Shown: piece after piece, positions 47,122 through 55,480 of the stretch
How the letters are laid out: the number at the start of each line of letters is the position of its first letter
Position numbering within the stretch: the stretch's first letter is position 1
Origin: Eubacteriales bacterium
Lineage (GTDB): Bacteria > Bacillota > Clostridia > Oscillospirales > QAKW01
Reading direction: 5' to 3'
Assembly (NCBI GenBank): GCA_045541455.1
Contig: JAZQJA010000012.1
Location: 178-64,177 of the forward strand
Length of the DNA: 64,000 nt
Translations under genes and position numbers: made by a program
Notes under the pieces: generated by a model
The model's input: only the letters and a program-made list of their open reading frames with translations
What the model was told of the DNA's origin: nothing
The model's database searches: none

Positions 47122-47769
47122 TTATACATCGCCTTTTGGCAAAACTGTTTTAAGGTCTGAAAGGTGACTGTCAAAATTAACGGTTTTAAAATGCCAACTG
47201 CCGTTGTCGTAAACAAGAGTTGAAACAGAAGCGTTTGATACCCACGGGATTTGGTTCATATTATCAATATTACCACCCTGTTGCACAAAGCATTGCATAG
47301 CACGGATGGGGGTGGCATGTGTTGCAATAAGTACCGTTTGGGAATCGTGTTTTTCGGCGATTTTTGTAAGAGTGGTTACAACGCGGTTATATAGTTCCCT
47401 TACAGACTCACCGCCAGTACAACGTGCGTTTCCGATATCGTTAATCCACACATTGTAATCGTTTGCAAAGCGGGTTTTGATTTCATCAAAGGCAACGCCC
47501 TCCCACTCTCCTGCTTGTATTTCGCGAAGGTTTTTATCGGTAATTATTTCAACACCTGCAAGTTGTGCAATACATTTTCCTGTATTAAAAGCTCGGCTAA
47601 GATCACTTGCATAAGCAATGTCAATTTTGTAATTATCTATGATATATTGGGCGGTTTTCAATGCCTGTTTACGCCCCGTTTCAACAAGCGGCGTATCTAT
47701 GTTTCCTGCAAAAAAGTGACCGTCATTTGCAAAACTTAAACCGTGGCGAACAAGAATAAATGTTGTCAT
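47122..47769 (-). CDS. histidine phosphatase family protein (phosphoglycerate mutase-like)
   Basis: RHG motif (FILVRHGLSFAN) and a downstream catalytic His region (LIATHATPIRA). Confidence 0.85.
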   Translation of the reverse strand: MTTFILVRHGLSFANDGHFFAGNIDTPLVETGRKQALKTAQYIIDNYKIDIAYASDLSRAFNTGKCIAQLAGVEIITDKNLREIQAGEWEGVAFDEIKTRFANDYNVWINDIGNARCTGGESVRELYNRVVTTLTKIAEKHDSQTVLIATHATPIRAMQCFVQQGGNIDNMNQIPWVSNASVSTLVYDNGSWHFKTVNFDSHLSDLKTVLPKGDV

Positions 47770-47803
47770 TCTTTAAAATTCCTTTTTATATTTTTGTATA
47801 TAT

Positions 47804-47836
47804 AAAAACCCCCGTTCAAAAAGAACGGGGATTTTT
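47804..47836 (-). terminator. intrinsic terminator just 3' of the tRNA
   Basis: CCCCGTTC-aaaaa-GAACGGGG is flanked by A-run and T-run. Confidence 0.7.
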
Positions 47837-47837
47837 A

Positions 47838-47914
47838 TGGTGGACCAACAGGGACTCGAACCCCGGACCGACCGGTTATGAGCCGGTTGCTCTAACCAAC
47901 TGAGCTATTGGTCC
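47838..47914 (-). tRNA. tRNA with CAT anticodon, elongator type; resembles tRNA-Ile2 (lysidine-modified) more than initiator or elongator Met
   Basis: A 77-nt cloverleaf read on the minus strand: GGACCAA acceptor, GCTC/GAGC D-stem, anticodon loop CT-CAT-AA, GTTCGAGTC T-loop and an encoded CCA. It lacks the GGG/CCC anticodon stem and 1:72 mismatch of an initiator. The GGACC... acceptor and GGCTCATAACC resemble B. subtilis tRNA-Ile(CAU) as I remember it. Confidence 0.93.
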
Positions 47915-47975
47915 TTAATTAATGCCTAATTAGTATAGCAAAGTGTTCGGGGTTTGTCAATATAATTTTTAAAAT

Positions 47976-50105
47976 TTAAAGGTTTAATAGATACAAAATC
48001 GCATTGAATACAAAGCATAGCAATGCGCCAAACAATGTTGGCAATATAAAAGCTAAAGCAGTCCATTTTATGCTACCGGATTCTTTTTTTATGGTCAAAA
48101 TAGTTGTAGAGCAAGGCCAATGCATAAGAGAAAAAATCAAAACGCTTACTGCTGTTGACCAATCCCACCCGTTCGCCAACAAAATCTGGCGAATTTGAGT
48201 TATATTATCAATATCGGTGAGTACACCATTTGACATATATGCCATAAGAGTAATGGGTATTACAATTTCGTTGGCAGGAAAACCGAGAATAAATGCCATT
48301 AGAATTGTACCATCCATACCGAGAAGTTTACCTAAAGGATCTAAAACTTCACTGCAACGGGACAAAAGAGTAGTTCCGTCTACCGTCACATTTGCCATTA
48401 TCCATATTACAGCGCCTGCCGGTGCTGCAACAGCAACTGCACGGCCCAGTACAAATAATGTTCGGTCGAAAATTGAGCGTACTATCACCTTTAAAACCTG
48501 AGGTTTACGAAATGGCGGCAGTTCTAAAGTAAAAGACGACGGCACCCCGCGAAGAGCAGTTTTTGACAATAACGCAGACGTTGCGAATGTTGCTAAAATA
48601 CCACATAAAATTACCGCAGTCAAAACCAAAGCAGATAAAAACGAACCGTAAATTCCGCCAACTGTTACAAAAAAAACGCTTATGATTGTAAGCATTGCAG
48701 GGAACCTGCCATTACAGGGTACAAAGTTATTTGTAAGCATTGCAATAAGCCGCTCACGAGGTGAGTCTATTATTCGACAGCCCACGATACCGGCTGCATT
48801 ACAGCCAAAGCCCATACATGTTGTAAGGGCTTGCTTACCGCATGCACCACAGTTTTTAAAAGGTCTATCCAGATTAAAAGCGACTCGAGGTAGATAGCCC
48901 AAATCCTCGAGCAGAGTAAAAAGCGGAAAGAAAATTGCCATTGGCGGCAGCATTACCGACACTACCCACGACAACACCCTATAAATTCCGTAAACCGAAA
49001 CAGAAATAAACCAATTAGGAGCATTAAGCAAAACAAAAAGTTTAGCAAGCACACTTTCAAATGAATACAACAACTGCCAAAGTAATTTCGAAGGATAATT
49101 TGCGCCGCTAATCGTAATCCAAAAAATCACAGCAAGCATTGCTATCATAATAGGAAATCCTGCCGATTTACTTGTAATTAATCTATCTATTTTACGGTCT
49201 ATTTCACTATACTTAGTACTTTCTATTTTTACTACATCGTGACAAATACTTTCTGCAGTAACAACAAGACTTGACACTATTTGTTCTTTAAACTGCTCGC
49301 CCGTCACGCCCTCATTTTCAAGATATAATTTTGTTTTATTAACAGCTTTTTGTATTTCGCTATCAAAAAAATCAGCACCAAGCATATTTTCTATTTCTCT
49401 TTGTAATGAAGCATCTGCATCGAGCAGACGGAGTGCCAGCCAACGAGAATTAATTTTACCGCTACACTTTTTTTCAAGAGATTGTTCAAGCATTGCAACA
49501 GCGTTTTCAATTACAGGGCCGTAATTAACTTGCAAGGGAGTTTCTTTGGCATTAGAGTGTGCAATTGAATGTAGTGCTGACAACAATGCTTTTGTTGACT
49601 TTTTGTCACGGGCAACGGTGCCTACTACTGCAACGCCCAACCGTTTAGACAAAAGAGCAAGATCTATTGAAATGTGCTTGCGTTTTGCTTCATCTATGAG
49701 ATTAACACAAACTACTGTTTTTTTTGATATTTCTATTGTTTGTAAAACAAGATTTAAATTGCGTTCAAGGCAGGTTGCATCGCACACTACAACAGTAGCA
49801 TCGGGATTACCAAAACATATAAAGTTTCGTGCAACTTCCTCTTCGGCAGAATGAGCCATAAGTGAATAAGTACCGGGAATATCTACAAATACAAAGCCAT
49901 CACAATATCCTTGTGCATTTGACACGGTTTTACCGGGCCAATTACCAGTATGCTGATTCATACCGGTAAGATTATTAAACAAAGTACTTTTGCCAACATT
50001 AGGGTTACCGGCAATTGCTATAACAAGGTCATTTGGCGACTGTTTTTTTATCACAAGGCCCGAATCTATGGCGTTTATTCCTACAGAAGAACTAGTAAGG
50101 CCCAT
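47976..50105 (-). CDS. feoB: ferrous iron transport protein B
   Basis: N-terminal G-domain GNPNVGKSTLFN, DIPGTYSL and a large polytopic C-terminal domain; 709 aa. Confidence 0.95.
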   Translation of the reverse strand: MGLTSSSVGINAIDSGLVIKKQSPNDLVIAIAGNPNVGKSTLFNNLTGMNQHTGNWPGKTVSNAQGYCDGFVFVDIPGTYSLMAHSAEEEVARNFICFGNPDATVVVCDATCLERNLNLVLQTIEISKKTVVCVNLIDEAKRKHISIDLALLSKRLGVAVVGTVARDKKSTKALLSALHSIAHSNAKETPLQVNYGPVIENAVAMLEQSLEKKCSGKINSRWLALRLLDADASLQREIENMLGADFFDSEIQKAVNKTKLYLENEGVTGEQFKEQIVSSLVVTAESICHDVVKIESTKYSEIDRKIDRLITSKSAGFPIMIAMLAVIFWITISGANYPSKLLWQLLYSFESVLAKLFVLLNAPNWFISVSVYGIYRVLSWVVSVMLPPMAIFFPLFTLLEDLGYLPRVAFNLDRPFKNCGACGKQALTTCMGFGCNAAGIVGCRIIDSPRERLIAMLTNNFVPCNGRFPAMLTIISVFFVTVGGIYGSFLSALVLTAVILCGILATFATSALLSKTALRGVPSSFTLELPPFRKPQVLKVIVRSIFDRTLFVLGRAVAVAAPAGAVIWIMANVTVDGTTLLSRCSEVLDPLGKLLGMDGTILMAFILGFPANEIVIPITLMAYMSNGVLTDIDNITQIRQILLANGWDWSTAVSVLIFSLMHWPCSTTILTIKKESGSIKWTALAFILPTLFGALLCFVFNAILYLLNL

Positions 50106-50108
50106 ATA

Positions 50109-50348
50109 TTATTCTCCTTTCCGAATAATAATGTTTTTACCGTCCTCTTGGCGAATTGCAATAACTGCGCCTCTTATCAAATATGCTTTAGGATCTCCTG
50201 CCGGACTTTTGCCAACACATTCTACAAGCGTATCTTTAACAAGACCAATATCAAGAAGGCGCCTGCGTATAGAACCGCTTGACACCACATCTTTTACTCG
50301 CCCTGTCTGACCGGGCTCTATATCACATAAAGTATATACTTTTTCCAT
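50109..50348 (-). CDS. feoA: FeoA family protein
   Basis: 79 aa SH3-like protein (L.D...G....V..V......RRRLLDIG...DT.VE) directly upstream of feoB. Confidence 0.9.
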   Translation of the reverse strand: MEKVYTLCDIEPGQTGRVKDVVSSGSIRRRLLDIGLVKDTLVECVGKSPAGDPKAYLIRGAVIAIRQEDGKNIIIRKGE

Positions 50349-50404
50349 TTTTAAAAATCACCTTTAGTTCTATTATATTTTACAAAAAGGTGTTTGACAC
50401 AAAA

Positions 50405-50430
50405 TAAAAAAAGATAGCAAAGCTATCTTT
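50405..50430 (-). terminator. intrinsic terminator after the sortase gene
   Basis: AAGATAGC-aaa-GCTATCTT is followed on the minus strand by a T-run, immediately after the stop at 50431. Confidence 0.7.
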
Positions 50431-51201
50431 TTAATTAATTTTTTTAGCGATAATTGCCAGGCGCCCGTTATCTACCGAATATTCACAAGTAGAAATTGTT
50501 AAAAGTTTGTCGCCGTAATTTGCACTGACACCGGTATCATACAACGAATAGGACTTAATATCATAAATATAGTTTGCAAAATGGTCTTTATCCCACGCGT
50601 TGATAAACCCGTAATATTGGAAAGTCTGTTCGAGTTTGGGTGACGATTTCATAACAGCAATCACCTCATAGGTACCATATTCCTCTAAGGTATTAAACGT
50701 GATATATTTATGTGTTTCATAAAAATCTTTATTTTTATACTTGTCAACAGCCGACAGCATTGAGCCGTCGAGCATATTATGTCCGTAAATGATTATATTG
50801 TCTGAAACACCTATATCACACGCCTCTTCTACATACGGCACACCGTGGTAACTATACTTTTTATCAAATCCCCGTCTTAGATAGTAGTCGGGGCTTTCTT
50901 TTGTCTGCATTACAGGATAACTTATGTTTGTACCGTCTATGGCAAGCCAACCGACAAAATCGTTATTTTGTGAGTAAAGTGCAGAATACTGCTCCATAGG
51001 TGTTACGGGTTTTGGTTGTGTTTCGGGTTGTGTTTGAAAGTTATCATCAATCTGCGAAGCGGCAAGCTTTGAAAGATGGTCAAACTGCTTTGATGCAGTA
51101 TAAGAATCGCAATAGTACTTACCTATCATAAACACCGAAAGTACAAACGTAGTTATGAATACAGTAAGTAACGATATAAATAAAATGTTTTTCTTTTTCA
51201 T
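50431..51201 (-). CDS. srtB: class B sortase
   Basis: N-terminal TM anchor, GHNM, the SrtB-type pattern F..L..Y......F.....Y.TF.TLEEYGTYEVIAV, and catalytic TISTCEY. Confidence 0.85.
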   Translation of the reverse strand: MKKKNILFISLLTVFITTFVLSVFMIGKYYCDSYTASKQFDHLSKLAASQIDDNFQTQPETQPKPVTPMEQYSALYSQNNDFVGWLAIDGTNISYPVMQTKESPDYYLRRGFDKKYSYHGVPYVEEACDIGVSDNIIIYGHNMLDGSMLSAVDKYKNKDFYETHKYITFNTLEEYGTYEVIAVMKSSPKLEQTFQYYGFINAWDKDHFANYIYDIKSYSLYDTGVSANYGDKLLTISTCEYSVDNGRLAIIAKKIN

Positions 51202-51509
51202 AAAAATTTCACCACAAGTTCAGTTATAAGTACGGCAGTGCAAGACAAAACCGCTACAGTTAACAAACTTCGTTCAAAATAAGCAGCAACTACAGCAACT
51301 GCACAACCGATAGATGCAGAAAGCAGCAAAGATGTCGAATAAAAAATAGCAGGAACAGTCATAACACCTAAAACTGCATAGGGTATATAGTGCAAAAAGG
51401 ATAGTATAAATTTATTTTTAATTTCATTTTTTACAAGTACTAACGGTAACATTCGTACAAGGTATGTAACACCCGCCATTACTGTAAGATAAACAGCAAA
51501 ACCCATCAT
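51198..51509 (-). CDS. azlD: AzlD family branched-chain amino acid transport protein
   Basis: 103 aa, three to four TM segments. It overlaps azlC by 4 nt, the usual azlCD arrangement. Confidence 0.8.
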   Translation of the reverse strand: MMGFAVYLTVMAGVTYLVRMLPLVLVKNEIKNKFILSFLHYIPYAVLGVMTVPAIFYSTSLLLSASIGCAVAVVAAYFERSLLTVAVLSCTAVLITELVVKFL

Positions 51510-52222
51510 TCCGCCTCCTCAATTGGTTTTAACCAAGCAAACAAAGCGCTTGCAACAACCGAACAAATAATAATTACAAAGCCCTGCGGAGTTTTGTTTA
51601 TCACCGGCAGATATTCAAACATACAGCCAAGACCGATTGCAACTGCAACACAAAGAGCAGTAGACAAACTTTTTTTGGCTTTTGGTATAATAATCGCTAT
51701 AAACATACCGTAAATTGCAATACCGAGTGAAGAAATAATAACCTGAGGGAAAATGTTTCCGACAACAGCGCCGACAAGAGTTCCTGCACTCCAACCAATA
51801 TATGGAGTGATAATAAGGCCATAAAGGTACTTTTTGCCTACCTTACCCTTTCTTCCCGATGACACTGCAAACACCTCATCGGTATTAACAAAAGAGATAA
51901 CAAATCGATCTAAAAGGCTAACGCTTGTATCTAATTTTTGCGAAAGCGACACAGACATAAGAGAATAGCGCAGATTAATAACAAGTTGTGTTAATGCAAG
52001 TTCAAAAAGAGAACCGCCCGCCGCTATTATTGGCACCCCTGCAAGTTGTCCTGCTGAAGTGACATTTGTCATTGAAACGAGCAGTGCCTCTAAAACCGTA
52101 AGACCACTTTCTGTTGCAAAAATTCCAAATGCGAACGACACAGAGAGGTAGCCAAGACAGATTGGCAAACCATCAGTTATTCCTTTCAAAAAATCGTTTT
52201 TCTTCAAAATATATCTCCACAA
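51506..52222 (-). CDS. azlC: AzlC family branched-chain amino acid permease component
   Basis: 238 aa. The pattern GI.DGLPI.LGYL.VSFAFG......GL is typical of AzlC. Confidence 0.85.
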   Translation of the reverse strand: MWRYILKKNDFLKGITDGLPICLGYLSVSFAFGIFATESGLTVLEALLVSMTNVTSAGQLAGVPIIAAGGSLFELALTQLVINLRYSLMSVSLSQKLDTSVSLLDRFVISFVNTDEVFAVSSGRKGKVGKKYLYGLIITPYIGWSAGTLVGAVVGNIFPQVIISSLGIAIYGMFIAIIIPKAKKSLSTALCVAVAIGLGCMFEYLPVINKTPQGFVIIICSVVASALFAWLKPIEEAE

Positions 52223-52329
52223 ATTAATTTATTATAGTATAAAACTTAAACTTAAAAAAGTAAAGGCATAATTTAGAGGCTTGTAATATTAGGAGGTATA
52301 TTATATAATCAATTCTGGAGGGCGTGATT

Positions 52330-53610
52330 ATGAAAATTAAAATCAAACATGTTTCGTATGAGCAAGTTTTGCAGATGAAAAAGCCAAAACACAAACGACC
52401 AAAAAAGCCTTCATTTTTGTTTTCGACTATCATACGGGCATTAGCCATACCTGATTTAATAGCAACTCGTTTTAAATATACAAAAGAAAGAATGGAACCT
52501 GCACCAACCGGACCATATCTTATTTTGATGAATCACTCCAGTTTTATTGACCTTAAAATTGCTTCAAAAATATTTTATCCTATGCCATACAATATCGTCT
52601 GCACATCAGACGCACTTGTAGGTAAAGAGTGGCTTATGCGAAATATAGGTTGTATTCCAACGCAAAAATTCGTGTCGGATATTACTCTTATAAGCGATAT
52701 AATACACTCTATAAAAAAGAACAGGACAAGTGTTCTTATGTATCCTGAGGCGGGTTATACTTTTGACGGTTGTGCCACACCACTTCCGCGTGGGCTTGGC
52801 CGATTATTTAAAAAACTTGATGTGCCGATACTTACTGTAATTACAGATGGAGCTTTTTTAAGGGACCCGTTATATAACAATTTACAGTTAAGAAAAGTAA
52901 ATGTAACTGCCACTCTTAAATGTCTTTTTACACAGCAAGAAGTACGCGATTTGTCGGTTGAACAGTTAGATGCACGGCTTGATGAGGCCTTTACATTTGA
53001 CAATTTTGAAAATCAATTTAAAACAAAAACCGTGATTGACGAACCCTTTCGGGCAGACGGCTTAGAAAGGCTTTTATACCGTTGCAGCGAATGTGAAACC
53101 GAAGACAAAATGGAAGGGCTTGGCACTGTTATCACCTGTAAAAAGTGCTCAAAGCAGCACACTTTGAACATTTACGGTAAGCTTGAGGCAAAAGACGGCA
53201 AAACACGCTTTTCACATATCCCTGATTGGTACAACTGGCAACGCGAGTGTGTCAAACATGAGATAGAAAGTGGAAAGTACAAACTTGATATTGATGTCAA
53301 AATAGGTGTTTTAAAAGATTATAAAGCAATTTATATGGTAGGTGACGGACACCTTTATCACGATATCAACGGGTTTAAACTAACAGGTTGTGAGGGCAAA
53401 CTTGAATACACCCAGTCACCGCTTGCGTCTTACGAGTTGAATGCCGACTACTATTGGTATGAAATCGGTGATGTCATAAGCATTGGAAACAAAGACCTTT
53501 TATACTACTGTTTCCCTAAAGATAAGGTAAATGTAGCAAAAGTTCGTTTTGCTGCTGAAGAAATATACAAAATACAAAAAGAAAGAACAAGGAAAATAAA
53601 AAATGGATAG
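52330..53610 (+). CDS. lysophospholipid acyltransferase (PlsC-like) family protein with C-terminal zinc-ribbon-containing extension
   Basis: HX4D-type block LILMNHSSFID and the YPEAG block. The C-terminal 200 aa include CSECETEDK-X11-CKKCSK. The start is set to the ATG at 52330, 7 nt after a GGAGGG SD. Confidence 0.75.
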   Translation: MKIKIKHVSYEQVLQMKKPKHKRPKKPSFLFSTIIRALAIPDLIATRFKYTKERMEPAPTGPYLILMNHSSFIDLKIASKIFYPMPYNIVCTSDALVGKEWLMRNIGCIPTQKFVSDITLISDIIHSIKKNRTSVLMYPEAGYTFDGCATPLPRGLGRLFKKLDVPILTVITDGAFLRDPLYNNLQLRKVNVTATLKCLFTQQEVRDLSVEQLDARLDEAFTFDNFENQFKTKTVIDEPFRADGLERLLYRCSECETEDKMEGLGTVITCKKCSKQHTLNIYGKLEAKDGKTRFSHIPDWYNWQRECVKHEIESGKYKLDIDVKIGVLKDYKAIYMVGDGHLYHDINGFKLTGCEGKLEYTQSPLASYELNADYYWYEIGDVISIGNKDLLYYCFPKDKVNVAKVRFAAEEIYKIQKERTRKIKNG

Positions 53611-54388
53611 TATTAATCTTTGGAAAAGTACACCGGGAATGGTGCTTGAAACACCGACAATCACCCCGTTTATACCTGAAAACAAAAAAACAGATGCTGC
53701 CGTTATTATATTCCCAGGCGGTGCTTACGCTAAGCGCGCAGCCCACGAAGGTGATGTTTATGCCGAATTTTTGGCAAGTGAGGGTATTACCGCATTTGTC
53801 GTTGCATACAGAGTACACCCTCACAGATTCCCCTGCCAATTACTTGATGCAAGGCGTGCAATCCGCTGGGTGCGGGCGCACGCAAAAGAATACGGAATCG
53901 ATAAAAACAAAGTTGCAGTTATGGGTTCTTCGGCAGGCGGACATTTGGCGGCAATGGTATCTACATACAAAAAAGCCATTGACTTTGAAGGCATTGACAG
54001 TATTGACAGAGAAGACTGTATGCCTAACGCACAAATACTGTGTTATCCCGTTATTTTATCTCCTGCAAATAACAATCCGTCGCACAGCGGAAGTTACCGA
54101 AACCTTACCGGAACAAAAGAAGCTGACATTTGTAAAGAGTTTGACCCAGAACTCAATGCGGATAATAATACACCGCCAGCTTTTATTTGGCACACTTCAC
54201 AAGACCCGGCTGTAAATGTTATAAACAGTTATCGCTATGCAACCGCTCTTAAAATCAATGATATACCGATTGAAATGCACATTTTTCCGTTTGGAAGACA
54301 CGGTTTAGGACTTGCACCACAAAATCCTCATATAAATCAATGGTGTATCCTTCTTATAAATTGGTTTAAAGAAATAAACTGGTTATAA
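53603..54388 (+). CDS. alpha/beta hydrolase (esterase/lipase, Aes-like)
   Basis: Motifs IIFPGGAY, the nucleophile elbow GSSAGGHLA and a distal His (FGRHGL). It overlaps the preceding gene by 8 nt. Confidence 0.85.
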   Translation: MDSINLWKSTPGMVLETPTITPFIPENKKTDAAVIIFPGGAYAKRAAHEGDVYAEFLASEGITAFVVAYRVHPHRFPCQLLDARRAIRWVRAHAKEYGIDKNKVAVMGSSAGGHLAAMVSTYKKAIDFEGIDSIDREDCMPNAQILCYPVILSPANNNPSHSGSYRNLTGTKEADICKEFDPELNADNNTPPAFIWHTSQDPAVNVINSYRYATALKINDIPIEMHIFPFGRHGLGLAPQNPHINQWCILLINWFKEINWL

Positions 54389-54433
54389 AAAAATCCGTAT
54401 TGTAACGTATAGACGTTACATTACGGATTTTTT
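54389..54433 (+). terminator. intrinsic terminator
   Basis: AATCCGTATTGTAACGT-ataga-ACGTTACATTACGGATT is a 17-bp stem with one mismatch, followed by TTTTTATT. Confidence 0.8.
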
Positions 54434-54490
54434 ATTGTGAAAACAACAAAATTCCGGAATACCCTACCGTAATTTTAATTGCGTATGTCA

Positions 54491-55465
54491 TTAATCTTCC
54501 CATTCACTTGGAAGGTATGCCCGTGTCATAGCCTTTTGGCCATGGGTATTTCCAACTTCAAAACGAATAAACTTAGGCTTTACAGCAAGTTTTGAAAGAT
54601 CAAACTTTGCATTTGTTAAACTGTCATCGTCTGCAAGTACACGCCAAGTTGTGCGGTCCTCAGTTCTGAAAACAATTGCATTTGCAGGTTCGGTTTCTAT
54701 GTGAACTATATTATCCTCTATATAAAGGCTTTTAATTATCGGACCGTTAGTACCGTAAACATCACGGTTTTCCATAGCCTCTATTATACCTTTATATGTA
54801 AGTTCTTTTGCTTTAATCATAGTAAATGCGATAAAACTGTCACAGTATGCTGTGTTTTCAAGCGGATACACATTATGGTTATCATCACTTGCTGTAGTTA
54901 CGGGATACTGTCCGTTTCGGATAAGGGTTACATATTCAATATCTCCCCAACCTTGAAGTTCGTTACGAAGTGTTGCACCGTTAATTATTTCAAAACCCCA
55001 AAAGCCCTCCAACGTTACATAATCGACTGTTGTATGCTGAGACCAACGCGGATGATTATACTGTGCCAAAAAGCCCGCTTCGTTTGCTTTTTTAACAAGT
55101 TCGTTTATAACTTTTGTAGAGTAGTTTTTCTTGTATTCGTCTTTTGGGAAATCGACAAATTTATCACATAGTTCATTTTTTGCAAAAAAGTTTAAATGAT
55201 AAGAGGGGCGGTGGCGCACAGTCATATCACGATAGTCGGAAATATCAATTTCCGTAGCTGTAATTGCAACAAAGTTTTTATCGGTAAGTTCGGGATGAGG
55301 CACAAGCACATTGTGATCTGAAAAAGCGACAACAGAATAGCCCTTATCCATATATGCCTTTTTCATTTGGGCAGGTGTAAGTGCGCCGTCAGAATCGGTC
55401 GAATGTGAATGAAGGTTTGCCTTGTACCATTTTCCTTCGTTTGAAATGAGATAATGTTTTGACAT
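54491..55465 (-). CDS. PHP-domain metal-dependent phosphoesterase family protein (paralog of 2680-3615)
   Basis: Motifs ANLHSHSTDSDG, AFSDHN, NHPRWSQH, DDNHN, FTMIKAKEL and GPIIKSLY. It is collinear along its whole length with the protein at 2680-3615. Confidence 0.75.
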   Translation of the reverse strand: MSKHYLISNEGKWYKANLHSHSTDSDGALTPAQMKKAYMDKGYSVVAFSDHNVLVPHPELTDKNFVAITATEIDISDYRDMTVRHRPSYHLNFFAKNELCDKFVDFPKDEYKKNYSTKVINELVKKANEAGFLAQYNHPRWSQHTTVDYVTLEGFWGFEIINGATLRNELQGWGDIEYVTLIRNGQYPVTTASDDNHNVYPLENTAYCDSFIAFTMIKAKELTYKGIIEAMENRDVYGTNGPIIKSLYIEDNIVHIETEPANAIVFRTEDRTTWRVLADDDSLTNAKFDLSKLAVKPKFIRFEVGNTHGQKAMTRAYLPSEWED

Positions 55466-55480
55466 AGTTTTTATCCTCTT

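Noticed and set aside
50349-50430. Fur box in the feoAB promoter region
   Set aside because: No match to the GATAATGATAATCATTATC-type consensus is visible. I see only a TATAAT -10 and the sortase terminator. Regulation by Fur cannot be supported from sequence.
52224-52448. 74-aa minus-strand ORF
   Set aside because: It overlaps the start of the acyltransferase gene and the divergent promoter region. Its composition is hydrophobic and low-complexity with no SD, so it is spurious.
53646-54215. 189-aa ORF in an alternative plus-strand frame
   Set aside because: It overlaps the alpha/beta hydrolase gene (53603-54388), whose frame carries clear GSSAGGHLA esterase motifs. The alternative frame has no recognisable features.
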